This document shows positions 20,449-30,837 of a stretch of 64,000 bases of DNA, one piece after another. The stretch is from a virus (lineage: Duplodnaviria > Caudoviricetes). The notes under the pieces are model-generated. The model had not been told where the DNA came from and made no database searches. It worked only from the letters and a program-made list of their open reading frames with translations. A program made the position numbers and the translations under genes. Position 1 is the first letter of the stretch. Each line of letters starts with the position of its first letter. The stretch spans positions 70,299-134,298 of IMG/VR virus record IMGVR_UViG_2547132519_000001. The stretch is one strand, 5' to 3'.

Positions 20449-20716
20449 CAATCAAAGGTTTAACAGCCAACAAAATACTTCATTAACAACCTATTGTTAT
20501 TTCCGCATTGCCATCCTGACACCTTTGTATGATGTGTCTTTTGAACACAAGATTATTATGAGCATAATCTATAAAAATATTATGGTAATAACAGTAAAAG
20601 AAATGGTAGATATTGCAACGTCGAGTTTGCTGTAAAAAGACCATTATTCTAACATATATGTTGGAGTAATTTCCTAATTATTGGTCAGACTAATCATAAA
20701 AAACTTGGAGGTTATT

Positions 20717-20992
20717 ATGAGCGACGTAGAGGTTTGGGAATTATTAAATAAGATGTCAAAGGAGAATCACCGAGAGCGGATGGCAAAGACGCCAGAAAGG
20801 ATAGAGTATTGTATTAAGCAGTTTGAAGATAATGGGATAGAATATAATCTACTCAATAAAGAGATAGGCCATTTTCATTGTCATAGAAAGAGCGATGGTA
20901 AGTTATATCAATTTTGGGCAGGAACAGGAAAAATCAGAGGATTAGAAAGTGTTAGAGGAATTAAGGAACTGATGAGAATTTTATTACAATGA
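20717..20992 (+). CDS. hypothetical phage protein
   Basis: ORF track 20681..20992, ATG after GGAGG; QFWAGTGKI motif. Confidence 0.7.
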   Translation: MSDVEVWELLNKMSKENHRERMAKTPERIEYCIKQFEDNGIEYNLLNKEIGHFHCHRKSDGKLYQFWAGTGKIRGLESVRGIKELMRILLQ

Positions 20993-21052
20993 AAATACTA
21001 TCCAGAGCATAATCACGTCTTTTAATTCTTAGAAGGAAGGAGAGCGATAATC

Positions 21053-21391
21053 ATGAGTGCAAAGAAGGATTGTTCATTAAGTGATGTAAAATTATTAAGG
21101 GAATTGATTTTAGAAAACCCAGAACTTCCGTTAATTATTTTTTGTGGGGAAGATTCGTGGAGTGGAGAACATGCGTATGAACAAGTCAATGCTAGTAAAG
21201 GGGAAATTGAGAGTCTTATATTATATGGTGATACATGGTTGACAGAAGAAGACTATGCAGAAAAATTAACAGATGATTTAAGTGACGAAGAAGAATATAA
21301 AAATTTATCAGATGAAGAATATAGAGAAATGATTGACAGAAAAGTATCGGCATCAGAATTTATAAAGGCCATTGTTATATGGATTGGGTAA
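21053..21391 (+). CDS. hypothetical phage protein
   Basis: 112-aa ORF with SD. Confidence 0.7.
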   Translation: MSAKKDCSLSDVKLLRELILENPELPLIIFCGEDSWSGEHAYEQVNASKGEIESLILYGDTWLTEEDYAEKLTDDLSDEEEYKNLSDEEYREMIDRKVSASEFIKAIVIWIG

Positions 21392-21966
21392 TTAAATTAG
21401 TATTTTATTAGTAATAAAAATGAGAAAGGTGACAGTATGGACGAAAAATTTTATCAATCAATTATATCTGGAATTCAAGAAATGGAAGCATTAAAAGATG
21501 ACTATGAAAAGAAACAGGCACCTGGTGTGGTTTTGGAAGTATCAATAATATGATAAACCCTATGAAACGAGCAGTTTCCAGAGGAATGTATTCTGGAAAA
21601 GTCGAAGAACTTAGAGATCTGACGGCAATCATGGTTGAAGCACAGAAGCATAATAACTCGACAACCACAACCGCTATGGGGGAGCAGATTATTTACGAGT
21701 TGCTCGTTCAGTCAAACTGAGATTTGGTTTACCATTAAAAGGTTGTTTTTAATGATGAAGTACTTCGCAACATCTTGCGATAAACACAATAAACGGAATG
21801 TGTAAAGGAGAGAATGTGAAAGTTTTAAAAGTATTTGAGAAAACTCAACTAGAAGTGGGATAAGCATTAAATTTAATTACCAGTAACAATAATTAAAGAT
21901 CAGGAAACAACAAATAAATTAGTAAATGAATCCTGTCAATGCTGATTTTAAATGAAAAGGAGAAAA

Positions 21967-22473
21967 ATGAAGAAGACGCTTATTGTAGTAGACATGCAAA
22001 ATGATTTTATTGATGGCTCTTTAGGAACTATTGAAGCACAGTCTATCGTGAAAAAAGTAAAAGATAAGATTACGGAATATCAAAATCGTGGAGATGAAAT
22101 AATTTTTACAAGAGACACTCACCTTTCTAATTATTTACATACTAATGAAGGAAAGCATCTTCCAATTGAACATTGTATTTTTGGAGAAAAGGGTTGGTTT
22201 ATTGCAGATGGATTAGAAGTTCCAAACTGTAAATATGTTGATAAATCTACGTTCGGATGGTGTTTCTGGAATAACATGAAATTCGATCAGGTAGAACTAA
22301 TTGGTCTATGTACTGATATTTGCGTAGTCTCTAACGCTTTAATTCTTAAAGCGTCATTCCCTAATATTGAAATTACAGTAGATGCAAGTTGCTGTGCAGG
22401 AGCCACACCGGAAACCCATAAAGCCGCATTAGAAACCATGAAAATGTGTCAGATTAATGTGATTGGAGAATAA
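21967..22473 (+). CDS. pncA: nicotinamidase / isochorismatase-family cysteine hydrolase
   Basis: VVDMQNDF, TRDTH, HC, DKSTFG, GLCTDICV. Confidence 0.85.
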   Translation: MKKTLIVVDMQNDFIDGSLGTIEAQSIVKKVKDKITEYQNRGDEIIFTRDTHLSNYLHTNEGKHLPIEHCIFGEKGWFIADGLEVPNCKYVDKSTFGWCFWNNMKFDQVELIGLCTDICVVSNALILKASFPNIEITVDASCCAGATPETHKAALETMKMCQINVIGE

Positions 22474-23281
22474 CATGATAAAAATAGAAAGCTGCATTGT
22501 AGATGTTAAGAAGTTTCCAGATGGGACATTACTGTTCAAGGAGGATATTCCAATTGATTTTCGGGATTATAGGGAGGCAACTCTTGAGTGGCTTTTTGAA
22601 AACAACGAAGAATTGATTGTCCTTATTTATCTTGTAAAGCATCTAAAATCACATGGCCTGAATAGTTTATACCTTAAGATGCCATATATTCCTAATGCTA
22701 GGCAGGATAGGGTAAAAAATACAGAAGATGTATTTACACTAAAATACTTTGTAGAGATTATTAATTATCTGGATTTTGATTCTGTAACTGTTCTTGATCC
22801 TCATTCAAACGTAAGCGAAGCTTTAATTAATAATATTATTGTCAACTCACCAGAAAAATTAATCTCTAAAGTAATTTCAAAAATAGGTGAAGATAATTTA
22901 ACAATGTTCTATCCTGACGAGGGAGCTATGAAAAGATATTCAACATTGTTTGATATACCTTATGCTTTTGGTATTAAGAAGCGAGATTGGGAAACAGGTA
23001 AAATCAATGGATTAGACGTATCTGGAATGTTGGAGTTTATAAAAGGAAGAAAAGTTTTAATTGTAGATGATATTTCAAGTCGTGGAGGTACTTTCTATTA
23101 CAGTGCAAAGAAACTAAAAGAATTAGGCGCAAAAGAAGTCTACTTGTATGTATCTCATTGCGAAAATACTATTCTTGAAGGAGATGTATTAACTAGTGGC
23201 TTGATTGAGAAAGTATATACAACAAATAGCATTTTTACAGAAAATCATGAAAAGATAGAGGTAATGAATTATGAACAATAA
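22463..23281 (+). CDS. prs: ribose-phosphate pyrophosphokinase-like protein (candidate Adps)
   Basis: KFPDG, MPYIPNARQDR, LDPHS, PDEGA, IVDDISSRGGT. Confidence 0.85.
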   Translation: MENNMIKIESCIVDVKKFPDGTLLFKEDIPIDFRDYREATLEWLFENNEELIVLIYLVKHLKSHGLNSLYLKMPYIPNARQDRVKNTEDVFTLKYFVEIINYLDFDSVTVLDPHSNVSEALINNIIVNSPEKLISKVISKIGEDNLTMFYPDEGAMKRYSTLFDIPYAFGIKKRDWETGKINGLDVSGMLEFIKGRKVLIVDDISSRGGTFYYSAKKLKELGAKEVYLYVSHCENTILEGDVLTSGLIEKVYTTNSIFTENHEKIEVMNYEQ

Positions 23282-24743
23282 AATCAACCCTATGTTATTG
23301 ATAGATTTCTATAAGGCAGTTCATAGTGATATGATTAACCCCAAGATGACCAAATCAGTGTCATATTATACTCCAAGAATGAGCAGAGTAGATAGGTGGG
23401 ATAAAGTAGTAATGTTTGGACTGCAAATGTTTTGCAAAACATGGCTTGTTGATTATTTTAATGATAATTTCTTCTATCTAAACAGGGAAGAAGTTATATC
23501 TGAATATGAAAGAGTATTGGACGCTTCTCTCGGTAAAGGAATTTACGATTCAATTAAAATTAGAGAGATACATAAGTTAGGGTATTTACCTATCGAAATT
23601 GTTGCTTTACCAGAAGGAACATTGGTGCCAATTCATGTTCCAATGTTCGGAATAACTAATACTCATCCGGGCTTTGCATGGCTTCCACAAGCCTTAGAGA
23701 GCTTGATTTCAGCTGAGATGTGGTATCCGCAAATTACTGCTACTGTTGGCAAGACGTACCGAGATATTGTCAATAAGTATTATAGTCTGACTTGTGATGA
23801 TAATATTCCAAGGGCAAAAGCATTGGGAGCATTTGATTTTAGAGGTGATATGTGTGTAGATGCTGCATTAAAAGCTGGTGCAGGTTGGTGCATGTCATTC
23901 TTAAATACGGCTACAGTTCCTGTCATTCCATATTTAGAGGATATGTTTAATTGCGATTGCACGAGTGAACCTGTCGCATTTGGGTCAGTTAGTACAGAAC
24001 ATTTTGTGATGTGTAGTAACTATGCGATTGACGGTGATGAAATTACGTTCCTAAAGCGGTTACTAACAGAGTTGTATCCACATACTAGTTTTTCTTGTGT
24101 TCTTGATAGTTATGATTACTGGAATGTGATAGATAATATACTTCCACAATTATATGATGAAATTATGGATCATGATGGTTGTATGATGATGCGCGGAGAT
24201 TCTGGTGATTGTGTTGATGTAGTTACAAAAACGGTATTTAAACTTTGGAATCTGTTTGGAGGGACTTTAAACAAAAAAGGATATAAAGTGCTTGATCCTC
24301 ATGTCAAAGCAATTTATGGGGATAGCATTACGATTCAGAGGTGCGAAGAAATATATAAGATTCTTATGGAGAATGGATTTGCTTGTAGCAATGTGGTTTT
24401 AGGAGTAGGATCTTTCTCTATGCACTGCATTGAAGAAAATAATATATTAAAACCTTTTACAAGAGACACGTTTAGTTCATGTATTAAAGCTTGTTATGCA
24501 GAGGTAGACGGTAAGTGCTATCCAGTGTTTAAAGACCCGAAAGATGGCGGATTTAAAAAAAGTCAAAAAGGAATATGCCATGTACATTTAAATGAAGATG
24601 GAGAATTAGTGTATAAGGATGAATATACAACTGAAAGTATCCCAGAAGGTAATTTATTGCAGACAGTCTTTAAAGATGGCGAACTTATTAAAGAGTATTC
24701 ACTTAAAGAAATTCGAGATATTTTGAATGGAGGAAAATTTTAA
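23271..24743 (+). CDS. nadV: nicotinamide/nicotinate phosphoribosyltransferase-like protein (NAMPT/NadV family, candidate Namat)
   Basis: DFYKAVH, DFRG, STEH, DSYD, RGDSGD, YGDSI, GVGS, KKSQKG. Confidence 0.85.
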   Translation: MNNKINPMLLIDFYKAVHSDMINPKMTKSVSYYTPRMSRVDRWDKVVMFGLQMFCKTWLVDYFNDNFFYLNREEVISEYERVLDASLGKGIYDSIKIREIHKLGYLPIEIVALPEGTLVPIHVPMFGITNTHPGFAWLPQALESLISAEMWYPQITATVGKTYRDIVNKYYSLTCDDNIPRAKALGAFDFRGDMCVDAALKAGAGWCMSFLNTATVPVIPYLEDMFNCDCTSEPVAFGSVSTEHFVMCSNYAIDGDEITFLKRLLTELYPHTSFSCVLDSYDYWNVIDNILPQLYDEIMDHDGCMMMRGDSGDCVDVVTKTVFKLWNLFGGTLNKKGYKVLDPHVKAIYGDSITIQRCEEIYKILMENGFACSNVVLGVGSFSMHCIEENNILKPFTRDTFSSCIKACYAEVDGKCYPVFKDPKDGGFKKSQKGICHVHLNEDGELVYKDEYTTESIPEGNLLQTVFKDGELIKEYSLKEIRDILNGGKF

Positions 24744-25480
24744 TGTTTGATGCAAAGAAAATAAAAAATGAGATAGTAGAGTGGATTAAAAAGTTCTTTG
24801 AAAAGAATGGCAATGGCTGTAACGCTGTTGTTGGAATTTCAGGCGGTAAAGATTCAAGTGTCGTTGCTGCATTGTGCGTAGAAGCCCTTGGAAAAGAACG
24901 GGTTATTGGAGTATTAATGCCAAACGGGGAGCAGAATGATATTGATATGGCAAAACTTCTAGTGAATACTTTAGATATTAAATACCACATTGTAAATATC
25001 CACGATGCAGTTAAGGCCATAAAATATGAAGTGAAATCTAGTCTTAATGATCATTGGAGCATACAGTCATCAACGAACTTACCAGCTAGAATTAGAATGG
25101 CTACATTATACGCAGTATCTCAAACCGTTAATGGACGTGTAGCTAATACTTGCAATCTTTCTGAAGATTGGGTCGGTTACGCAACCCGTTATGGAGATGC
25201 GGCTGGAGACTTTAGCCCATTGTCTGGATTAACAGTTTCTGAAGTAAAAGCTATTGGATATGAACTTGGTCTTCCAACTAGCCTTATTGAAAAAACTCCT
25301 AGTGATGGTCTTTGTGGTAAATCAGATGAAGATAATCTTGGTTTTACTTACGATGCTTTAGACAGATATATTCGTACAGGGGAAATTGACGATCAAGATG
25401 TAAAGGTCAGAATTGACAATATGCATTTAAAAAATAAGTTTAAATTGGAGCTTATGCCAAGTTATAAAATTATCAGTTAA
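24743..25480 (+). CDS. nadE: NH3-dependent NAD+ synthetase
   Basis: GISGGKDS, NLPARIRM, GYATRYGD, KTPSDGL. Confidence 0.92.
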   Translation: MFDAKKIKNEIVEWIKKFFEKNGNGCNAVVGISGGKDSSVVAALCVEALGKERVIGVLMPNGEQNDIDMAKLLVNTLDIKYHIVNIHDAVKAIKYEVKSSLNDHWSIQSSTNLPARIRMATLYAVSQTVNGRVANTCNLSEDWVGYATRYGDAAGDFSPLSGLTVSEVKAIGYELGLPTSLIEKTPSDGLCGKSDEDNLGFTYDALDRYIRTGEIDDQDVKVRIDNMHLKNKFKLELMPSYKIIS

Positions 25481-25526
25481 AACACGTCTTTCAATGGAGA
25501 ATATATAAATGGAGGTGAAATGAATT

Positions 25527-26252
25527 ATGATTCAAGACGTATTAAAACTTATTGAGAAAAAAGAGAAATTGCAGATTCTGTTGGAGACTGTTGGTATTGA
25601 ATTAAAAGAGGCTGCCAATAATTTAGACCTTGATGCTTTAGAAAATTGCGACTATGAAACAATGAAGGGCTTGTATAATCAAGTTCAATATTTAATTGAT
25701 GATGAGAGGAGGAAAAAATTATCTAACATAATTGTTACCAAGAAGATTTTGAAGTATCCACAATTATTAAAGCCTACATATTATCCAGAAATTGACACAC
25801 TAAACATTTCCAGCGATGAGAAATTAAGGCTGGACAGGGCAGCCTATATGAATACCAGATTTTACATGAATGAGGATAATCTCGATAAGCTCGAATATAA
25901 GTTGTCCATTCAAGATTTAGAACTTTTGAAGTCTATTGGTATTGTAGAAAAGAAATACAGTTTCAAATGTAAGGTTTGTGGAGATCCGTGTATCACAATT
26001 TCTGAAAGTGATTTGGAGAAGTATAAAAGAGTGTTCCAATTGACTGAGATAGGTAGCTCTTTAACAGATGAGCAAGATAAAGAACTTGATGAATTATACG
26101 AGAATGGGGTTTATTGCATTTCGGTATGCTGTATGGATTGTGATTCTGAGTGCGAAATTACAAATCAGAGAGATTTAGATGATTATAAAGAGCATATAAA
26201 AGAAATTTACAAGGTAGAGAAAAATCCAGATTTGACATATGAAAAACTGTAA
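25527..26252 (+). CDS. hypothetical protein with Zn-binding cysteines
   Basis: 241-aa ORF, CKVC and CCMDC. Confidence 0.65.
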   Translation: MIQDVLKLIEKKEKLQILLETVGIELKEAANNLDLDALENCDYETMKGLYNQVQYLIDDERRKKLSNIIVTKKILKYPQLLKPTYYPEIDTLNISSDEKLRLDRAAYMNTRFYMNEDNLDKLEYKLSIQDLELLKSIGIVEKKYSFKCKVCGDPCITISESDLEKYKRVFQLTEIGSSLTDEQDKELDELYENGVYCISVCCMDCDSECEITNQRDLDDYKEHIKEIYKVEKNPDLTYEKL

Positions 26253-26440
26253 AGAAAAAGGAGAATGAATCAATATGGAGAAAAGCTCTGATGATTAACG
26301 ACAATATTCAGCTAATGAAAAACATTAAGCAGATATCTTCTAGTAGTAGTAAAGCTTCTAAGAGATCAACAACAGTCTAACGTGAAATGTTTCTCTCTAG
26401 AGGGATAAAACACTAAAAAAATTGAGGAGAAAGTAGAAAA

Positions 26441-27187
26441 TTGAGAATTATTTTTAAAAGAATAGCACTTCTAATTAGCATATTGTTTATCTGGCATATT
26501 TGTTCAAAATATATGAATCCAATATTTATACCGAAACCTCGATCAGTGTTTAATAATCTGATTCTGTTGATGAAAAACGGAGAAATATTTATTGCAATAA
26601 GATATTCATTTTTACGAGTAACAATAGCAGCAACAATGTCGGCTCTCGTTGCAATTCCTATAGCTCTTCTTGTATTTAATGTAAAAGTTGCAAAGGATAT
26701 CCTAGATCCAATAATTAATATAATGAGATACTTGCCTGTTACGGCATTTTATCCATTGCTGATTATGTGGTTTGGAATTGATGAAATGATGAAAATAGTC
26801 TTTTTGTTTCTTGCAACTTTTGTGTATATGATGCCATCAGTAATTTTATGTTTAAATGAAATCAACTCTGATTTAATTGATACGGGTATTACTATAGGGA
26901 TGAACAAGTTTCAGACTATTTATAAAATTCAGTTACCAGCTTCATTGCCCAGCATACTAAATAGCTTCATTATGATGTATGGAATTGGATTCACTTACAT
27001 AGCTGTAGCGGAAACTGTAAATGCAAAGTATGGACTTGGTTGGATCATTCAGCAGTCCTCTTCGAGAGGAAGAACAGACATGGTGTTTATGTCAATAATT
27101 GTAATCATGGCAATAAGTGTTCTATTTGATTCTATATCGAAGAGACTTGTTAAAATGATTTTTAAATGGAGGTATTTAGGTGATTGA
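26441..27187 (+). CDS. ABC transporter permease (SsuC/TauC/NitT-like)
   Basis: Six TM segments, EAA-like loop DTGITIGMNKFQ, AETVNAKYGLG. Confidence 0.9.
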   Translation: MRIIFKRIALLISILFIWHICSKYMNPIFIPKPRSVFNNLILLMKNGEIFIAIRYSFLRVTIAATMSALVAIPIALLVFNVKVAKDILDPIINIMRYLPVTAFYPLLIMWFGIDEMMKIVFLFLATFVYMMPSVILCLNEINSDLIDTGITIGMNKFQTIYKIQLPASLPSILNSFIMMYGIGFTYIAVAETVNAKYGLGWIIQQSSSRGRTDMVFMSIIVIMAISVLFDSISKRLVKMIFKWRYLGD

Positions 27188-27791
27188 ATTAAATAATGTT
27201 TATACCGGATATAGCAGAGACAAGCCATTACTAAAAAGATTCAATTATCGGTTTGATAACAAAGTGTATGGAATTTTGGGTGAATCTGGTTGTGGTAAAA
27301 CGACCTTACTTAGAACAATCTCTGGGTTAATGAAGCCTATAAGTGGAGAACTAGTAATTGATGGAGTATCTTGTAGCAAAGCATACAAAAACAAGGTATA
27401 CATGATTCATCAAAATTATACTTCCTTTGATTGGTTAACATGTTTGGATAATGTGTTAATCGCAAAAAAGGTAAAAGGGAAAGTTTTGGAGAAAGATATA
27501 TTAAGAGCAAAAGAAATGATTAAACAGGTTGGATTATCTGATAATGAGACAAAGTATCCCAAACAATTATCAGGTGGTCAAAGACAACGGTTGGCTCTTG
27601 CTAGAACTTTATTTATGAAACCAGAAATTATATTGATGGATGAGCCTTTATCGGCTCTGGATCAGAAAACAAGAACAGAAATGCAGAATTTGATTATGAG
27701 AACACACAGAGAGACAAACAACACAATAATTATGGTCACTCATAGCAAAGAGGAAGCTAAAAATGTATGTGACGTGATTATAAATTTATGA
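27180..27791 (+). CDS. ABC transporter ATP-binding protein
   Basis: GESGCGKT, LSGGQRQR, LMDEP, VTH. Confidence 0.95.
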   Translation: MIELNNVYTGYSRDKPLLKRFNYRFDNKVYGILGESGCGKTTLLRTISGLMKPISGELVIDGVSCSKAYKNKVYMIHQNYTSFDWLTCLDNVLIAKKVKGKVLEKDILRAKEMIKQVGLSDNETKYPKQLSGGQRQRLALARTLFMKPEIILMDEPLSALDQKTRTEMQNLIMRTHRETNNTIIMVTHSKEEAKNVCDVIINL

Positions 27792-27804
27792 AGGAGGATA
27801 TTAA

Positions 27805-28338
27805 ATGAGCTTGTTAAAAAAGTTGTTTATGGAGGAGATCCCACAGGAAGAGGAGTATTGTGAATCAGGTGTCGATACATATGAAATCTCTACGGTGCCT
27901 GATGTTGAACTTGAAGAAGTAAACACAGATACCTTGATCGAGGATATCTATTTGCAGAATGAGTTGTTTGATAGAAAGAAATCTATTTTTAAGGTAGAAG
28001 AGTTAATTAATTCACTTCCTAAAGAAATGGTGACTGAAACAAAGAAAGCAAGTGTGCTAGCGATCCTGGGAAGCTTTGGTCTTACAACAACCGATGTAGG
28101 GCTGGACGGAGAAAATAGAGTCAGTGTTTTGAATGGAGTTTTATCCAAAATCATATCAGATGGCAAGGGTGAAATCAATGATAATGAGACTGAAATTGAA
28201 ACCCACAAAAAAGCAATTGCCAATTTAGAAAAAATGATATCGGATAAACAGAATGAGATGAAAGTGTCAGAAACAAACATAAATGCAGAAATTGCAAGAA
28301 TTTCGGAATTAATTAAATTTATTGGAGGAGCAGAGTAA
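27805..28338 (+). CDS. hypothetical coiled-coil protein of the ABC module
   Basis: 177-aa ORF, translationally coupled to the next gene. Confidence 0.7.
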   Translation: MSLLKKLFMEEIPQEEEYCESGVDTYEISTVPDVELEEVNTDTLIEDIYLQNELFDRKKSIFKVEELINSLPKEMVTETKKASVLAILGSFGLTTTDVGLDGENRVSVLNGVLSKIISDGKGEINDNETEIETHKKAIANLEKMISDKQNEMKVSETNINAEIARISELIKFIGGAE

Positions 28339-29075
28339 TGGAGTTAACGAAACTAATTATTATTATTGCGGCTGCATTGTTTGTTCTTATACTCATTTTG
28401 TTTCCAGAGGCAAGAGTACTATTTAAGGGAATAACTAGATTATTTATAAAGGATATGGCAACTACGCCAGAGGGGGCAGAAGCTATTTATGGTGAAAAAA
28501 TTGATGAAGCCCAGGAGGCATACAATAAGTCAGATAATGCATTAAAAGTTGCATCTGGTAAATTAAGTAATGCCAAAAGAGATATGGAGGGCTTAAAGAA
28601 TAAACTTGTTAAAATAGAATCTGAATGTGAAGCTCTTGTAAAATCAAGTAAGAATGAGATGGCACAGTTAAAATCAGAAGAAAGGGAAGATGTTTTATCT
28701 GACATTAAGAGATATACAGAACTCATTAAAGCGTATGAGGTTGCAACCAATACTGCAAAAGAAGCACAAGAAATGTGCGAGAGAAATCTTCGCAAGTTAA
28801 AGCGTGAAAGTAAAGAAGTAGTAGAGAATATGAAAGTTAAAAAACAGCTAAAAGAAGTCTATGACGATATGGATGAACTTAAAAACGTTTCCGCAACCGA
28901 CAAGCTTCTTAGCTCCGTTAGAGATAAGAACAAGGATTTAGATGCTATTGTTGAAGGATCAAAGGTAGTCCATGACAATAAGATGTCTACTAAATTACAA
29001 AAAGCCGAGAAAGAAGCAAAGAAGCTACAAAGTGATGATTACTTAGAAAGTTTAAAGAAAAAATATAATAAATAA
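28338..29075 (+). CDS. membrane-anchored PspA/IM30-like coiled-coil protein
   Basis: N-terminal TM helix and long coiled coil ending DDYLESLKKKY; family call by resemblance. Confidence 0.6.
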   Translation: MELTKLIIIIAAALFVLILILFPEARVLFKGITRLFIKDMATTPEGAEAIYGEKIDEAQEAYNKSDNALKVASGKLSNAKRDMEGLKNKLVKIESECEALVKSSKNEMAQLKSEEREDVLSDIKRYTELIKAYEVATNTAKEAQEMCERNLRKLKRESKEVVENMKVKKQLKEVYDDMDELKNVSATDKLLSSVRDKNKDLDAIVEGSKVVHDNKMSTKLQKAEKEAKKLQSDDYLESLKKKYNK

Positions 29076-29086
29076 GGAGAATTTAT

Positions 29087-30694
29087 ATGAGTGCAAGACG
29101 TTTTAGACCAACAAAGGCAGCAAAGTTTTTGTTACTTGTGGTAGTAATGGCATTAATCGGTGGAGGGATTTTCTTTGGGATTAATAGCGGATTAATTAAA
29201 ACTTCGTCAGGTAAAGACAATATTGCGAGCATAGAGAAAGTAAAAAAAGAATCGGTTAATGTATCGTCTGATAAGGACGGCAATGTTATCAATACAGAAA
29301 AAAATGATAATAAGACAATCAACTTATCTCTTGATGAGTGGATCGGTTGGAAAAGTATTATTGATGCTAATGGTGGACTTTCTACTAAAGATGGATCTAT
29401 CTACAGTAAACTTGGTATCAATGTAAATATCAGCATTATTAATGACGCAACACAATCTAGCAACGCAATGGTTAGTGGAAAAATTGACGCTGCCGGTTAC
29501 ACCATTAACAGAACAGCATTTTTATCCAAGAAGTTTTCTGACGCTGGGATCAATGTAATTATGCCTTATGTAACTAATTTCTCAAATGGCGGAGATGGTA
29601 TCATTGCAAAATCTGAGATCAAATCAGTTGGAGATTTGGTTAATGCAAAGATTGGAGTTCCACAGTTTTCAGAAGCTCATTCTCTTGTAGTATGGTTTGT
29701 TAATCAGTCTGATTTATCCGAGTCTGACAAGAGTAAGATTATAAGCAATTTGATTTTATTTGAAACACCAGATGAAGCAGCTAAAGCATTTTTTGCGGGG
29801 CAGATTGATGTAGCAGCTACATGGGAACCGTATTTAACTCAGGCACAAAATATGTCCGGTGCACACATCTTATTCAGTACAGCTAGTTCTTCGAGTTTAA
29901 TTATGGATGGAATTTTGTTCAATAAAGCATTCGCTGAGAAATATCCAGATGTGGTTTCAACTTTCATTGATGGTGCTTTACAGGCTTCAAAATTATACGA
30001 CACAGACACGACAACTATTAAAACTGTTATGCCCATGTTTTCTACTGCATCTGATCAGGATATTTTAGATAACTGCATGTCTGCAAAACTAACTACATAT
30101 GCAGATAATATGAATCTTCTTAATGGTACTGCTAAAACAATCTATTCAGATATGTGCAATGTTTGGGAATCAATTGGAGAAACAGTAAATAAGGAACTGT
30201 TTGATACGGTTTTTGATAATAAGTATATCAGCAAATTAGCTGACAAGTACGATTCAGGTGACATCACATCAACAGATGCCAAGGTTGTTGTTACTGAGGA
30301 GAATAAGCAAGAGGTACTTGATACAGTTGCATTATTACAGAAATCTACCTCTGTTAACTTTATAATCAATACTGCAAAATTTATAGATTCTGCTGAAGCC
30401 ACAAAGACATTGAATGATTTTATCGAGATTTCAAAAGTACTTGATGGAACAATTATTGAGATTGCTGGAAATACAGATCCTAATCCATCATCTGATCCAG
30501 AAGATGTAGCAAATAAGATGTTGTCCCAGCAGAGAGCAGAAACTGTTAAACAGTATTTCGTTCTAAATGGTATTTCGGCGGATAGGATCATTGTCGTTGG
30601 AAACGGATCAAGTAAACCAGTCGTGGAAAACGATAGTGAAGAACATAGGGCTATGAACAGAAGAACAGATATCTCGTTCAAAAGTATCGAGTAG
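29087..30694 (+). CDS. ABC substrate-binding (NMT1/SsuA-like) protein fused to a C-terminal OmpA-like peptidoglycan-binding domain
   Basis: N-terminal TM, SNGGDGIIA, VAATWEPY; OmpA motifs IAGNTD, LSQQRAETVKQY, GNG, NRRTDI. Confidence 0.85.
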   Translation: MSARRFRPTKAAKFLLLVVVMALIGGGIFFGINSGLIKTSSGKDNIASIEKVKKESVNVSSDKDGNVINTEKNDNKTINLSLDEWIGWKSIIDANGGLSTKDGSIYSKLGINVNISIINDATQSSNAMVSGKIDAAGYTINRTAFLSKKFSDAGINVIMPYVTNFSNGGDGIIAKSEIKSVGDLVNAKIGVPQFSEAHSLVVWFVNQSDLSESDKSKIISNLILFETPDEAAKAFFAGQIDVAATWEPYLTQAQNMSGAHILFSTASSSSLIMDGILFNKAFAEKYPDVVSTFIDGALQASKLYDTDTTTIKTVMPMFSTASDQDILDNCMSAKLTTYADNMNLLNGTAKTIYSDMCNVWESIGETVNKELFDTVFDNKYISKLADKYDSGDITSTDAKVVVTEENKQEVLDTVALLQKSTSVNFIINTAKFIDSAEATKTLNDFIEISKVLDGTIIEIAGNTDPNPSSDPEDVANKMLSQQRAETVKQYFVLNGISADRIIVVGNGSSKPVVENDSEEHRAMNRRTDISFKSIE

Positions 30695-30702
30695 GTGATG
30701 AG

Positions 30703-30789
30703 ATGATAGTATTAAATATTGGTATATTTATTTTAAGTCTGGCTTGTTGTTACTTACTAGGATATGTAGTAGGTAAACGCAAAAGGTAA
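30703..30789 (+). CDS. 28-aa single-TM peptide
   Basis: Read by hand: MIVLNIGIFILSLACCYLLGYVVGKRKR, SD AGGTG. Confidence 0.55.
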   Translation: MIVLNIGIFILSLACCYLLGYVVGKRKR

Positions 30790-30837
30790 CTTTAAGCCTT
30801 GAAATTCCTGTTTCAAAGGAGAATTATTAAGTAACAC

